A stretch of 64,000 nt of DNA from Candidatus Brocadiia bacterium (lineage in GTDB: Bacteria > Planctomycetota > Brocadiia > SM23-32). Under the pieces are notes generated by a model that searched no databases, was not told where the DNA came from, and was given only the letters and a program-made list of their open reading frames with translations. Below, piece by piece: positions 19,147-30,261 of this stretch. Within the stretch, counting starts at the first letter, position 1. Each line of letters starts with the position of its first letter. Made by a program: the position numbers and the translations under genes. The stretch covers positions 1 to 64,000 of the forward strand of contig JBKHIT010000013.1 in NCBI GenBank assembly GCA_046538485.1. The letters run 5' to 3'.

Positions 19147-21912
19147 ATGCACCTGAAAGACATAATCTGTGTCGCGTTCATATTTCTTGCGGCGACGGTG
19201 TTTGTGCCTGGAGGCGCTGCCTCCGACAAAGCAACCGCTGCCGAGCAAATCGCCGCCTGGGCTGAGCTGCCCGCCGATGGCCCACAGGGCCGGCCGCTGC
19301 CGCTGACCGCGTCGTGGGTGCCCGGGGGGATGTTCGACATGAAATCGCTGGTGCAGATGATCAAGGACGGCCACCACGTGCTGCCGACCATCAGCGATCC
19401 CAAGTTCGGCGCCATCTACCACTACCTGCTTCAGAACAATGACGGCCCGCCGACGCCGGATAGCCATCACCTCGGCTGGTTGGCCAAACTCGCCCCCGAG
19501 TTCGAGTACCTGGCCGAGCACAAATTGCCATTCGCGATGATGGGCAACAACTGGGCGGCGGCGATCCCGGGGCTGGAGAGACAGTACCAGCGCGATGCCA
19601 ACAAACACAACCGCCGCGAGTTCACCCCGGAGGAAAGCGCGCGGCTGATGGTCGAAAAGGACGGTGAAATCGTCTCCGGCTCGTGGAAGCTGGCCAGCCC
19701 GTTCGCCCCCGACGACGCGTGGGCCCGCTTTGCCCGCTGGTGGGGGGGCAATCCCGCAATCCAGTGGATCCAGGACGTCTATCCCGATCCGCCCATGGTC
19801 GTCTGGCTGAACAACAACGAGGCGGGCGAGATCGGCTTGAAGCATCTCAAGCGTTCACTGCGTTTTCAGCGCCAGTACGGCGACAAAGATCTCAGCAAAA
19901 AGGAAAAGAAACGCATCCTCCACAAAACATATGACCACAAATACCAGGTGCTTTTCGAGGAGACCCGCAAGACGCTCGAGAAGCCAGCGTGGAAAATTAA
20001 CTCTCGGTTTGTCGCCTACAACGCCTGGCCCCGCAGCGTGAAGGGGCGCACCGAGGAACGGAACCACCGCAGCGAGTGGAAACGCTACGACGGGGCGATG
20101 CCCGAGTTCTACCTGAACGACTGGCAGATCTACCGGGGCAAAACCGATTACAACTACTGGAGCCCACAGACCGAAGGACTGCGGATCGAGTCGTCGCAGG
20201 ACGTTATTTTCAGCCTGGCTCCGGATTACTATTTTGCCTCCATCGCGTGGGACGGCGGTCAGCCAGCGAAACGCCGGTCGGCGATCAACTGTCTGGCCAC
20301 GGGAATGTACGGTTCGGGCGCGGTGCAGCGATGGGATTTCGCCCGGTATGAGGGTATGATCCAGTTCGGATTGTGGGCGATGCGGCCCCGCGTAATGCGC
20401 GAGTTCCGCTGGCCGGTGAGCGACCACGACGCATACGATAAAGGCGCGTTTATGGCGGTGGTCAATGCGGTCGACCGGGTTTGGGACAACGAGACCCTCG
20501 CCGAGTTCTGGCGTTTCGGCGAGCTGGTCAAAAGCGAGAAGTTCAGACCTCCCCATAAAAGGGTGGCTGAGGAGTTGAGATTTTACAGTCGGGTGGATTC
20601 GCTTCTGCCAGTCGACGTTAATCCGCCACGAAAAAAGTGGCCGAGGATATGGCGCCTCAAGGCCGGAAAAAGCGATCCCGTCAAACTCCGGGTGCTGGCG
20701 CTGGCGTTGAAACGGGGCGAGAAACCGAACCGCCGGTGGCTGATTTATGCGCATGCTCCGCTCGGCGCCGTTGAAAGCCCGAAAGTGACCCTGCCCGATT
20801 ACGGCCAGGTTACGCTGGACCACGCGGCATGGTCGGGCTCTTTCTTCCTGTTCAATGAGGCCGATGAGTCGCTGAAAACCGTGGTGCGCGGCGGGCCGGC
20901 CGAGATTACCGTGGATGCCGAAGTGCGGTTCGTCGAACCCGGCGGAACGGTTCGGGTGACGGCGAAGTCGACTGTGCCCCCCGAGGAAGGCTTTGAATCG
21001 TATGCGTGGTCAGTTGGCGACTCCAACCCATCACTGGAGGAAGGACCGGTGACGAAGGAATTGAAACTGCAAAACCCCGGCTTGCACATGATTCGCGTCA
21101 CCGGCACCACACCGGACGGACGGGAGATTTCCGACGACGCGGCGGTGTTCGTCGGGGAAAAACCCGACGAACCGGTGATCTATGATCTGGCGCTGAGCGA
21201 CGCGTCGGTCTGGCGCGGACCCTGGAAAGGAGTGGGGAAAGATAAACGGGAACTTCTGACCTATCGTATGGTCCCCAACCCCGGCCGCGCGCCGGATATC
21301 GTGCTGCACGGCGGGGAGTTCGTCGAGGATGCCGACCTTGGCCGGCGGGTGCTTGAACTCTCCCACGATGACGACGGACTCTGGGGCGTGCGCAGCCGGC
21401 TGACGTGCAACCGGGGCTATCCCAACCTGACGATTTCCATCCGTTTTAAACCGGAGACGCTTGAGGGCACGCAGGTGCTCTACGTGCAGGGCGGGCGCGG
21501 CAAAGGATTCAACATTTACATCCAGGACGGCACGTTGTATGCGGGGAGCCTGAGCCACAAACAGAATTGGGGGGAGTTCAACGACCGGGAGGGGAACTAC
21601 CGATACTGGTTGAGCTCTGACGCCGTTCAGGCGGGTCGCTGGCACCGCGTGACGCTGGTGCTGAAGGACGCCACGGAAGATATTCAAGACGACAAACTGT
21701 CGCTCTACCTCGACGGCAAAAAGGTCGGATCGGGCCCGGGCGTGCGGATCCCCAATCATCATGCGGGACCGCGGATTGGGGTGGCACGCATGACGACCCT
21801 GCACACCGGGGAGAACATCAGCCACGTCGGATTCCGCGGTCGTATCGCCGATTTCCGGCAGGTCAACGCCGCGCGAATGCCAGAGCAAACGAACAGAAAA
21901 GGACAGCAATGA
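19147..21912 (+). CDS. Exported protein: uncharacterised core + PKD-like + LamG-like; paralog of 12657
   Basis: Start reassigned to ATG 19147 (signal peptide MHLKDIICVAFIFLAA); many motifs shared with 12657. Confidence 0.7.
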   Translation: MHLKDIICVAFIFLAATVFVPGGAASDKATAAEQIAAWAELPADGPQGRPLPLTASWVPGGMFDMKSLVQMIKDGHHVLPTISDPKFGAIYHYLLQNNDGPPTPDSHHLGWLAKLAPEFEYLAEHKLPFAMMGNNWAAAIPGLERQYQRDANKHNRREFTPEESARLMVEKDGEIVSGSWKLASPFAPDDAWARFARWWGGNPAIQWIQDVYPDPPMVVWLNNNEAGEIGLKHLKRSLRFQRQYGDKDLSKKEKKRILHKTYDHKYQVLFEETRKTLEKPAWKINSRFVAYNAWPRSVKGRTEERNHRSEWKRYDGAMPEFYLNDWQIYRGKTDYNYWSPQTEGLRIESSQDVIFSLAPDYYFASIAWDGGQPAKRRSAINCLATGMYGSGAVQRWDFARYEGMIQFGLWAMRPRVMREFRWPVSDHDAYDKGAFMAVVNAVDRVWDNETLAEFWRFGELVKSEKFRPPHKRVAEELRFYSRVDSLLPVDVNPPRKKWPRIWRLKAGKSDPVKLRVLALALKRGEKPNRRWLIYAHAPLGAVESPKVTLPDYGQVTLDHAAWSGSFFLFNEADESLKTVVRGGPAEITVDAEVRFVEPGGTVRVTAKSTVPPEEGFESYAWSVGDSNPSLEEGPVTKELKLQNPGLHMIRVTGTTPDGREISDDAAVFVGEKPDEPVIYDLALSDASVWRGPWKGVGKDKRELLTYRMVPNPGRAPDIVLHGGEFVEDADLGRRVLELSHDDDGLWGVRSRLTCNRGYPNLTISIRFKPETLEGTQVLYVQGGRGKGFNIYIQDGTLYAGSLSHKQNWGEFNDREGNYRYWLSSDAVQAGRWHRVTLVLKDATEDIQDDKLSLYLDGKKVGSGPGVRIPNHHAGPRIGVARMTTLHTGENISHVGFRGRIADFRQVNAARMPEQTNRKGQQ

Positions 21913-21950
21913 AAATGGTGTCCCATGTCAAAGATGAGAATCTCTGCTCC

Positions 21951-22046
21951 CGAAGGGACCCAAAGGACGGAAGGGACTCCTGAGATTCAGAACCAGGCCA
22001 AAAACTGTAAGTCCCTTACGTCCCTTCAGTCCCTTATGTCTCTTCT
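21951..22046. repeat. 9-nt-periodic hairpin repeat, copy 2
   Basis: AAGGGACTCCTGAGATTCAGA...TGTAAGTCCCTT shared with 19029-19120. Confidence 0.8.
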
Positions 22047-22079
22047 GCAACGCACTGCGCTGAAAGGGTTTTCACTATC

Positions 22080-23357
22080 ATGTTTGAGCACGCCGAGCAC
22101 ATAAAACCTGCCGAACTGAAAGATGAACCGGGTCCCTGGGCCGGCATCGACGCCTTCTCAGGCGATAAGAAGGTAGAAGTCCCGATCGATAGCGACATCG
22201 GCGATCGGGGCACCGTTATGACCTGGCTGCGTCTGGACGAGCCGATCGTCAACGGCCCCGACGTCGAGACGGACGGCGAGAGAGTGCTGGAACTGCCCGG
22301 TCTGGCCTCGCTCAACCTCTGGTGGTACAGCGGTTACGGGGGAATTGTCTGGGAGACCGAGAACGGGCCCAATGAACCGGTGGAGGTGCCCGGCGTGCCC
22401 GGACCGCAGTGGGTCCACGTCTGCTACACCTGGGACGCCGATGAGGGGCGCAGCATGGGATACATCGACGGCACGCCCACGAAACTGTCCAGCCAGCTGG
22501 ATCCATGGACGAACGAGACTGCCGAGGAAATTGTGGTCGATGCGTCGCGCTGGACGCTGGCCGGACTGACCACCTTCGACCGTATGATCACGGAGGAGGA
22601 GGTCCGCGCGGCGGTGCCGAGCATTTATCGCGGCGGGATGGATCACACATTGGGATCTCAGGATCTGGGTGAACTGGACACGGCAAAGTGGCGCGGTGAT
22701 ACGGTTTTTGAGGTGCCGCTGGATGATCCGGACCGGATCGCCGACTGGCAGATGGAAGGTCCCGGCGATGTCGAGATCGATGATGGTTGGATGAAAATGT
22801 GGTCGCGTGAGCCCGACGCGGAGGGCAATGGCGGGCATATCGTGCACTGGTGCGACCAGGATGTGCCGTCGGATTTCCTGCTCGAGTTCGACGTACGCAT
22901 ACTGAGCGATCACGGCCTGAACATCATTTTCTTCTGCGCCAAAGGGCAGAACGGAGAAGATGTTCTGGATTCCTCACTGGATGAACGGACGGGTATTTTT
23001 GGCCACTATACCGGTGGCGACATTAACTGCTATCACATCTCGTATTACGCCAACGCTCCCGGAGGCGGGGGCCGCACGACCAGTAACATGCGCAAAAACA
23101 GTGGTTTCTATCTGGTCGACAACGGTCCCATCGGCATCCCGCCGGACGACCATGAGGTGCACCACGTATCGCTCCTTAAAAACGGCGGAATGGTGCGCCT
23201 GGCCGTGGACGATCGGTGTGTGATCGACTGGTATGACGCCGGCCAGCAATATGGACCAGTGCTCGGCGATGGTAAAGTGGCTTTCCGCCAGATGAAATGG
23301 ACAACCGCCGAGTATCGCGACCTGCGTGTGTCGAGATTGGAGGGAGACGGCTCATGA
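22080..23357 (+). CDS. YesU/DUF1961-family protein with a LamG-like N-terminal extension
   Basis: GLNIIFFCAKG, YHISYYAN, NMRKNSGF, GKVAFRQM; QWVHVCYTWD in the N-terminal part; no signal peptide. Confidence 0.75.
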   Translation: MFEHAEHIKPAELKDEPGPWAGIDAFSGDKKVEVPIDSDIGDRGTVMTWLRLDEPIVNGPDVETDGERVLELPGLASLNLWWYSGYGGIVWETENGPNEPVEVPGVPGPQWVHVCYTWDADEGRSMGYIDGTPTKLSSQLDPWTNETAEEIVVDASRWTLAGLTTFDRMITEEEVRAAVPSIYRGGMDHTLGSQDLGELDTAKWRGDTVFEVPLDDPDRIADWQMEGPGDVEIDDGWMKMWSREPDAEGNGGHIVHWCDQDVPSDFLLEFDVRILSDHGLNIIFFCAKGQNGEDVLDSSLDERTGIFGHYTGGDINCYHISYYANAPGGGGRTTSNMRKNSGFYLVDNGPIGIPPDDHEVHHVSLLKNGGMVRLAVDDRCVIDWYDAGQQYGPVLGDGKVAFRQMKWTTAEYRDLRVSRLEGDGS

Positions 23358-25468
23358 ACGAAGATCTGAAACATCAGATCGGCAACCGAGCCGAATACGT
23401 CTGTCACGCGCTTGCCGGGGCCAAAGAGTCTCTGGGGTTGCCGGGTTCCGATTTTGAGGACGTTGGGGACTGGAATCTCACCGCTTTGAAATGCGACAGG
23501 GAATCCCTGCGGTCGGCCGATGCCAAAGTATCCGATTTGCTCGGAGAGGGGGACGGATCCGACTCCGTCGGGCGGGGGACGGAATTCTGGCGAGCGCGTC
23601 CGGGGATCATGAAATTCACGGCCTTCCCGCGTCTTGCTGCGGCTTACAGGAGCACAGAAAACGCATGCTACGCCCGCGCGGCTCGCGTTTTGATCGAAGA
23701 TTTCTGGGCCTGCGATGAACGACCGGGCGGGGTGATGCATACGGCGAGCCGCATCAGCCGTTGGGCGCGATTCATGCCGTATTTCTTTGATAGCCCTCAG
23801 TTTGATGATCAATTCGTGGGGCGCATGCTGGAAAACATCGATGATCAGATCGAGTTTGTGCTGGCGAACCAGAAAATTCAAAATCGGGGGAACATCCGGA
23901 TCCTGCAGTCCAACGGTATGTTCTGGGTGGCAACCTGCCTTCCCATGCTGGATTTGGCGGAGGATTGTCTGGAACGAGTGCGGTGGGTCTACAGGGATAT
24001 GGCGCGACGGGATATTGAATCCGACGGTTCGCATGTGGAACACGATCCGAATTACCATGGAGTCTATCAGGGAACATTTTACAACTTGATGATCTGGCGG
24101 GAGGCGTTTCCGGAGGCGGATTTGCCGGACGTTACCGAAACCGCCGTCCGCGTGTTTGACTATGCCGTCGTTACCCGTCGGCCCAACGGGCATTGTTGCG
24201 GCATTCAGGAAAGTTCATCCGCGTGGGTAGGTGGCGACGATATAACGCCGTTTCTCCGCAGACGGTCGCAGGTCCGGCGTCTGGCGGGACTTCCAGAAGA
24301 GCCTCCCCCGCCGGTCGAACATTGCACGGATGCGGGACAGGTTTTCATGCGCGACGGCTGGGACCGGGACGCCGAGTATCTCGTCTTCGATGCCAGCCGC
24401 TGGGGTGGAGCGCACAGCCACCTGGCCCGGAACGGCGTCCAGCTCTTCAAAAAAGGGCGGGCTCTGCTGGTCGATACCGGGACGCTGACCTACGCGATGG
24501 ACCAGAAGGCGAAAGAGGGTGACGAGTTCGACAACCGGATCGGACCCTACGGGAAGTCCACTCCGGCCCACAATACCCTCAACCTGAACAGGTGGAACCA
24601 GGTCCCGACGAACCCCGATTACTTGAAAAGTTTTGACGCGGACGGTTGCTGCGCGGTTGTGAGCCAATACAGCGGTGGGTACTGGCCAGGATCCTACGGT
24701 TGGTGGTTCCGGGAAGGGTATGGCTCCGGGATTCACGCCGAGCACGAACGGATACTTGTATGGGTGAAGGGCCGGTTCACCGTGGTGATCGATCGGATGT
24801 TGCGCGGTGACGACAGCAAACTCGGTGGGCCTGCGCACCAGAATCCGTCTCTGGAGATGAACTGGCAGCTGACGCCGGGAGGGGAGGTGGATGTGCTGCC
24901 GGAAAAGAGAGGATTTACAGCAGTCTACCCCGAATGCAGCCTGCTCGCGCGTTTTGCCACGCTCGCATCCGGCATGCGGGTCGAGAAACACCAGGGTGAG
25001 ACGGATCCGTTCCGGGGCTGGATTACGACCCGCGGGAAAGCCCGGGCCGATCTGCGTGAGGCGGGTGTTTTTGAAGAACCGCCTTTATCCGAATGGAAAG
25101 ATCGCACCTACGGGCCGGCTCCGCAGATATGCTGCATTGCCCCCAAAATGGAGGGATTTGCCGAATCTATGGTCTCGGTGTTTGCGCCGTTTGACGGGGA
25201 AGATGTTCCTGAACTCGAGACCGAGATCAGCGGTTCAATCGTCTCGGATTTCCCTGAAGCGACGGGCGGAACGCTGAATCTGCGGTGGGAAAATGATGGC
25301 CGCGACACAATCACGTGGACCGATGGGCTGGCGCAACCTGTGTTTGAATGGAGCGAAAAAGGGGACGAGTTCAGCACCGACGGTTGTCTTTTGCATATCC
25401 GCCGCGACGAAGGCGGTAACATTGTTGACCGCAGGGCCGTCGATGCGACGTATCTTCGGGAGAAATGA
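23354..25468 (+). CDS. Heparinase II/III-like polysaccharide lyase family protein
   Basis: DGSHVEHDPNYH, HSHLARN, LLVDTGTLTY, STPAHNTL; start set at ATG 23354 (ATGA overlap); no signal peptide. Confidence 0.75.
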   Translation: MNEDLKHQIGNRAEYVCHALAGAKESLGLPGSDFEDVGDWNLTALKCDRESLRSADAKVSDLLGEGDGSDSVGRGTEFWRARPGIMKFTAFPRLAAAYRSTENACYARAARVLIEDFWACDERPGGVMHTASRISRWARFMPYFFDSPQFDDQFVGRMLENIDDQIEFVLANQKIQNRGNIRILQSNGMFWVATCLPMLDLAEDCLERVRWVYRDMARRDIESDGSHVEHDPNYHGVYQGTFYNLMIWREAFPEADLPDVTETAVRVFDYAVVTRRPNGHCCGIQESSSAWVGGDDITPFLRRRSQVRRLAGLPEEPPPPVEHCTDAGQVFMRDGWDRDAEYLVFDASRWGGAHSHLARNGVQLFKKGRALLVDTGTLTYAMDQKAKEGDEFDNRIGPYGKSTPAHNTLNLNRWNQVPTNPDYLKSFDADGCCAVVSQYSGGYWPGSYGWWFREGYGSGIHAEHERILVWVKGRFTVVIDRMLRGDDSKLGGPAHQNPSLEMNWQLTPGGEVDVLPEKRGFTAVYPECSLLARFATLASGMRVEKHQGETDPFRGWITTRGKARADLREAGVFEEPPLSEWKDRTYGPAPQICCIAPKMEGFAESMVSVFAPFDGEDVPELETEISGSIVSDFPEATGGTLNLRWENDGRDTITWTDGLAQPVFEWSEKGDEFSTDGCLLHIRRDEGGNIVDRRAVDATYLREK

Positions 25469-25537
25469 TGTGTTCTGTGATATACTCAAGGTGTTTGAGG
25501 TTCTATTTTGCATTTTCTAAAAAGGGCTAATGATGCG

Positions 25538-28500
25538 ATGAGAAGATGGATTCTTTGTAGCATCTTTTGCGTTTTGCTGCTCATTACTTCGCGATTCGCG
25601 GCAGCCGAACGGGTGGCGGTGATGGTCCACCGGCCCAGCAATCGGTTGGCGTGGAATCATGTGAGTAAAAAAGCGGCTTTCATGCTTGGTATTGACCGGA
25701 TATTGAACAGTTTTTACAACCGCACTCCGGCTATTCGTCGTGTGGGGGCATATCATGTGAACGGCGTCGTCAGAGGTATGAAGGACGGGTTGTATTTTCC
25801 ACAGGGAGACACAATTTATGAGAAATGGAGTCCGCTGATCGAGGCGGACGTATATGTTGAATGTGACATGAATGAACGGGGTCTCCAGTGGAAGGCCGGC
25901 AACGCGGAGGGAGAAGAATTTGAGTCGAAGGTGATTCCGAATCCCTACCAGCATCCCATGGCCTGCGCCGCTGCTCTGGTGGAGTTGGTGTTCGAATCCA
26001 CGGGAACGGAAGTGCCCGCAGAGTGGCGCGAGCAACTTCACAAAGATGAACCCTCTCCACCGCAGCTGTTCATCGAATGGGCTCAGTGGATCGGGTATCG
26101 GCCGCACTGGTTGCATCACGCCCCCTGGGAAGGACCGCAGAGATCGGCGAAACGGATCCTGAAGGACGACCCTCAGTTCTATCGAGGCGCCAACTGGGCA
26201 TTGCGGATGCTCATGCGGGTGCCAAAAAAGGCTGAAGAGGCGCCCGCTACCATCTTCTACCTGCCGCAGGCACTTAAACTTCTCGATTCACCCTACACCG
26301 GTTCGGCGAACAGGTTCCTGCGCAAAAAACTGAAAGATGAGGCCATGCTCCGGAAAGTCATACCGCTTTTCGGACTCGATGAACTCGATCTGGCGGCCCA
26401 GCTCGAGGTCGATGTCGGTTCCAAGACGACGGGACCTGGAATTGGCAAGAAAACACTCGATCTCAGCAAATTGCAGGATACGCTGACTGGACCGCGTTTC
26501 CGCCGTAACCTTGTGACCGCTATCGGGCCGCTGAGGGCGGAATCCGCCCGCAAAGCCCTCCTGACCATCGCGGCCAACGACGAGGATGCCGGCGTTCGCG
26601 CTGCAGCGGCCGGGGTTCTCGGGGAACATTACAAAGAGACCGGAGATGCCCTGGGAGATGTTTTTGAGGCTGACGAATCCGGCGAAGTGCGAGCCGCGGC
26701 ATTGCGGGGACTCGCAAAACAGAAAGAGCTGAAGGAAGATCGGGTCAAAACGGCCGCCGAAGATCCCGCCTCTTCCGTGCGGCTGGTGCTGGCGGAGGTC
26801 TTGCCGAAATCTCCCATCGATACCGAACAGAAACGCAAATTATGGATGCAATTGCTTGAAGATGAAGACGCGGAGGTGCGAGCGGCATCAATCCGCCAGC
26901 TGCGAAAGCATACCGAACTGGTCATCACCGATCCAAAAGCAAAGGCGTTTGTGGAGCGGGCGCTGAAGGCCGGCTCCGAGACCGAAAAATTAATCGCACT
27001 TCGGTGGATACGTCAGGAAAATGTGCGGGTCGCCTCCGATCGCGTTGCGACGCTCCTCCGGGCAGAAAAACCGAGTTTGCGGGCCGAAGCTGCGGAATGT
27101 CTCGCCGCCGTGGATCCCGACCGGAGTTCCAAAATCATTGATGTGCTGAAAAATGACGAAGCCACGGTTGTTCAGAAAGCGGTGGCGCAGGCGATGGCGG
27201 ATGTTGGAACCGAAAAAGCACGGAGAAGTATTTTCTCACTGCTCAAACGCGCTGACCCAGCGGCCCGTAGCGCTATCTGCGCGGCTGCATACCGTTTGCT
27301 GGTCGAAGATCGTGTGGCGCTCGCGCGAGCCATGCGCTTCGATCCAAGCATGTCGGTGAACCTGGCCAGCATGCGTTTGGCGGGACGAGTGATGGAAGAT
27401 GGAGAATTGCAGGATTTTCTGCCGGATACGGTGCGTGAACATAACAATGAGTACATTCGCGCCCGCGCCTTGCGTAGAATGCACGAAAAAGGTTTTCCGG
27501 ACGTTCATGATTTGTGCATGGATGTTGTCGAGAGCCCATACTGGGTATTGAGACTGGAAGCCGCCGATATACTGGCAGACATCGCTCAGGAGGATGACGC
27601 CGAAAAGATTAGTGCTCTGATGGAAGAGGTCAACGATGAGTGGCTCCACATGGCCCTGGAGGATGCGCTCCGTCAGGCCGAGGGGCGGCCGAAGCCCGAG
27701 CGGGTTGAGCTGAATCTGGGGGAGACGGAGCATACCCCCGGCGGAGATACGCCCTATGGGTTCCAAACGTGGCTGGGGAGGATGCCTGAGGACAAAGAAA
27801 AAACCCGGGAGATGGTCGATCAAGGATATCGATTCGGGGTCAAAAACTTCCCGGCGAACATGCCCGGAGGTATGGTGTTGAACACCTACAACCGGACCAC
27901 CGGGGCACGCAACATCTATCTCCTCGAATCCATTCTCGATCCACTTGAGAACAAATGGAAGGATAAACTGCCCTATCTCTATTATATTGCCCTGTTCGAT
28001 GAACCATGCTCGCTGGGCCGAGCGTCTCTCCGGGCGATGCTGCTGGAGGCGGGACGGCCGGATCTGTTGGAAAAAGTCGAAGGGTTGGGCCGAAAGAAAA
28101 AACTTGAAGCGCTGCCCGGGCGGCTTCGCCGCGCCTATGAATGGTACAACGCAAAGTTCGGGGGGATAGGATCCAACTGGGTGACGCACATGTATCGAAT
28201 GACGGCCCAGCGCAAATATCCCGACATCCAGATCTTCCCGCAAAGTCTGTCCTACATGCGCAAGCATACGCACGATGCGTTCAACATGATCGAGGCGGAC
28301 GGGGATTACAGCTGGATCTACCACAACGGCAATTATTACAGAGATCCTTCCATCGGTGGTGTGAACCGCGTGATCAACCCCGGTAAACCTCTGTGCATGA
28401 TTGCATGGATGGGATGGTACAACCCGCGTATCTTCAATCCAAAACCGTTGTGCATTTCCTCCAACTGGAAGTTGAAACCGTGGCGGATGCGGGAATATTT

Positions 28501-30118
28501 CGGGACGCGATCGGGGTTAGCCCTCTGGGCCAGTGGCACGGAGGCCGGATTTTTCCCGCATATCGGATTCGCAAAAGAATCCAAAAAAGATGAAAAAGGG
28601 TATCACGGGATGTCGACGCTGTCGTTCCGCCTGAAACCCTGGTCGGACCATGCGAAAAAGGCCGTCGAATACATGCTCGACGACGACGAATACTGGGAAG
28701 TGGTGGAGGGACGCCTCGATATCGAGAAGATGAACGAAAAACGCGAAGACGATGGGCTGGGAATGATGGCACCTGATGAGGACGAGGGGATGGATATCCC
28801 CCCGCTGGAGGAAGGTCCCACCCCAAAAGAAAAAAAGCTCAAAGAAAAACGCGAGAAACTCTATGAAAAACTCATGACGGGCGTCTCTTACATGAACATC
28901 TTCAATCTGGACAATACCCGGGCGCTGTCGAATCTTCCCAAACCGGACACCAGCCTGCGGGATACTTTACTCATCATGGGGCGCGATATCTCCTGGTGGG
29001 CCGATGGGTCATTTTTCAAAATGCCGGCCGAGGCCATCGTGCAGGGCTGGGACCTCGTGCCAAACTATGATTGCATCGGCGACGCGGAACTGACGAACTA
29101 CGATACGATTTTACTCCGATCATCCAACGATGGGGTGACCTCGGAACTGGTGGAACGTATTAATCAATGGCTGCGCAACAAAAAAGACGGTTTGCTGATT
29201 GTGGGGGGCGATTGCACCAGCGATAAAGTGTTGTTTCCGTCACTGACGCTCGACGAGATCGATGCCCCCTTCCTCTGGGAGAATGACATCGCATTCCACG
29301 TGCAAAAACGGGTGAAGCAGACGTATAAAGATCGGCGTGGACGCAAACGCACCCGCAAGAACTGGCCGGCAATGAAGGAGTTGCGCAAGGCCGATGGAGA
29401 ACTGGTAAAAGACCCCGTCAGCCGGTTGCATAATACGATTTCAGGCGAGGTGAAACCGTTGATCACGACGAAAGCTGGGAAAGCTATCCTGGCGCGCTGG
29501 AAGGCGCCGCCGGAAGTCAAAAGTGTGGTTCTCTTCGATGGGGCATACCCCGCCGGACCTGAATACACGGCCGCGCTGGAAAAAGTAATACTGAGAATCG
29601 ACGAGGAACGCGGCTCAGATGTGAAACGCAACCACTGGTGGGGACACACGATCTATGAGAACGATAAATTCGTGGTCGATGTGGCCACCAGCCAGCTCCA
29701 CATGTTCCACAAACGACGCCCGCGGCAACACAAAGGCGTCGATATTATCACAGGCGTCATTAACCCCGAAGTCAGACACCGCGAAAGCGCGCTGATACTG
29801 AAAGATTACGTCGGCCCCTATGCCGGCGGGAAAGGCGATTGGGCCGTGATGGCGCGCGAAGCCCTGAAAGAAATGAAGGTGAAAAATCCCGGCGAACTCT
29901 ACGTCGAGGCCGACGGCGTCACACGAATATCCCACATCGGCCCCGAACCGATCAAACTGGAAGATGCAACGGGATTCGAAGAAGTTGAGAACCAGGTGCT
30001 GGTCTGGAAGATGATGCGCGAAGGCACGAAAGCCTACAGCCAGAATGAAGTCAACGGCGGACGTGAATTGCACGTCTACAGCCCGGATCCGTTCACCGTG
30101 CTCACCGGTTCGGAATAA
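25538..30118 (+). CDS. Large exported HEAT-repeat protein with a C-terminal putative hydrolase region
   Basis: Signal peptide from ATG 25538 ending AAA; repeats such as DEDAGVRAAAA, DESGEVRAAAL, DEDAEVRAASI; YIALFDEP. Confidence 0.7.
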   Translation: MRRWILCSIFCVLLLITSRFAAAERVAVMVHRPSNRLAWNHVSKKAAFMLGIDRILNSFYNRTPAIRRVGAYHVNGVVRGMKDGLYFPQGDTIYEKWSPLIEADVYVECDMNERGLQWKAGNAEGEEFESKVIPNPYQHPMACAAALVELVFESTGTEVPAEWREQLHKDEPSPPQLFIEWAQWIGYRPHWLHHAPWEGPQRSAKRILKDDPQFYRGANWALRMLMRVPKKAEEAPATIFYLPQALKLLDSPYTGSANRFLRKKLKDEAMLRKVIPLFGLDELDLAAQLEVDVGSKTTGPGIGKKTLDLSKLQDTLTGPRFRRNLVTAIGPLRAESARKALLTIAANDEDAGVRAAAAGVLGEHYKETGDALGDVFEADESGEVRAAALRGLAKQKELKEDRVKTAAEDPASSVRLVLAEVLPKSPIDTEQKRKLWMQLLEDEDAEVRAASIRQLRKHTELVITDPKAKAFVERALKAGSETEKLIALRWIRQENVRVASDRVATLLRAEKPSLRAEAAECLAAVDPDRSSKIIDVLKNDEATVVQKAVAQAMADVGTEKARRSIFSLLKRADPAARSAICAAAYRLLVEDRVALARAMRFDPSMSVNLASMRLAGRVMEDGELQDFLPDTVREHNNEYIRARALRRMHEKGFPDVHDLCMDVVESPYWVLRLEAADILADIAQEDDAEKISALMEEVNDEWLHMALEDALRQAEGRPKPERVELNLGETEHTPGGDTPYGFQTWLGRMPEDKEKTREMVDQGYRFGVKNFPANMPGGMVLNTYNRTTGARNIYLLESILDPLENKWKDKLPYLYYIALFDEPCSLGRASLRAMLLEAGRPDLLEKVEGLGRKKKLEALPGRLRRAYEWYNAKFGGIGSNWVTHMYRMTAQRKYPDIQIFPQSLSYMRKHTHDAFNMIEADGDYSWIYHNGNYYRDPSIGGVNRVINPGKPLCMIAWMGWYNPRIFNPKPLCISSNWKLKPWRMREYFGTRSGLALWASGTEAGFFPHIGFAKESKKDEKGYHGMSTLSFRLKPWSDHAKKAVEYMLDDDEYWEVVEGRLDIEKMNEKREDDGLGMMAPDEDEGMDIPPLEEGPTPKEKKLKEKREKLYEKLMTGVSYMNIFNLDNTRALSNLPKPDTSLRDTLLIMGRDISWWADGSFFKMPAEAIVQGWDLVPNYDCIGDAELTNYDTILLRSSNDGVTSELVERINQWLRNKKDGLLIVGGDCTSDKVLFPSLTLDEIDAPFLWENDIAFHVQKRVKQTYKDRRGRKRTRKNWPAMKELRKADGELVKDPVSRLHNTISGEVKPLITTKAGKAILARWKAPPEVKSVVLFDGAYPAGPEYTAALEKVILRIDEERGSDVKRNHWWGHTIYENDKFVVDVATSQLHMFHKRRPRQHKGVDIITGVINPEVRHRESALILKDYVGPYAGGKGDWAVMAREALKEMKVKNPGELYVEADGVTRISHIGPEPIKLEDATGFEEVENQVLVWKMMREGTKAYSQNEVNGGRELHVYSPDPFTVLTGSE

Positions 30119-30261
30119 AAAAGTTTCCCGAGCCGAAAGCCCCCTGTGGCTCATGGTCTTAAGAGTTCTGAAGGACCCATAAGAAACGACCCGCAGTCCC
30201 CTATGCCACTTTTTTTGTTCTTTAAAGTCGTACCCGACAAAAACGAAAGGAAGTTAACGCT

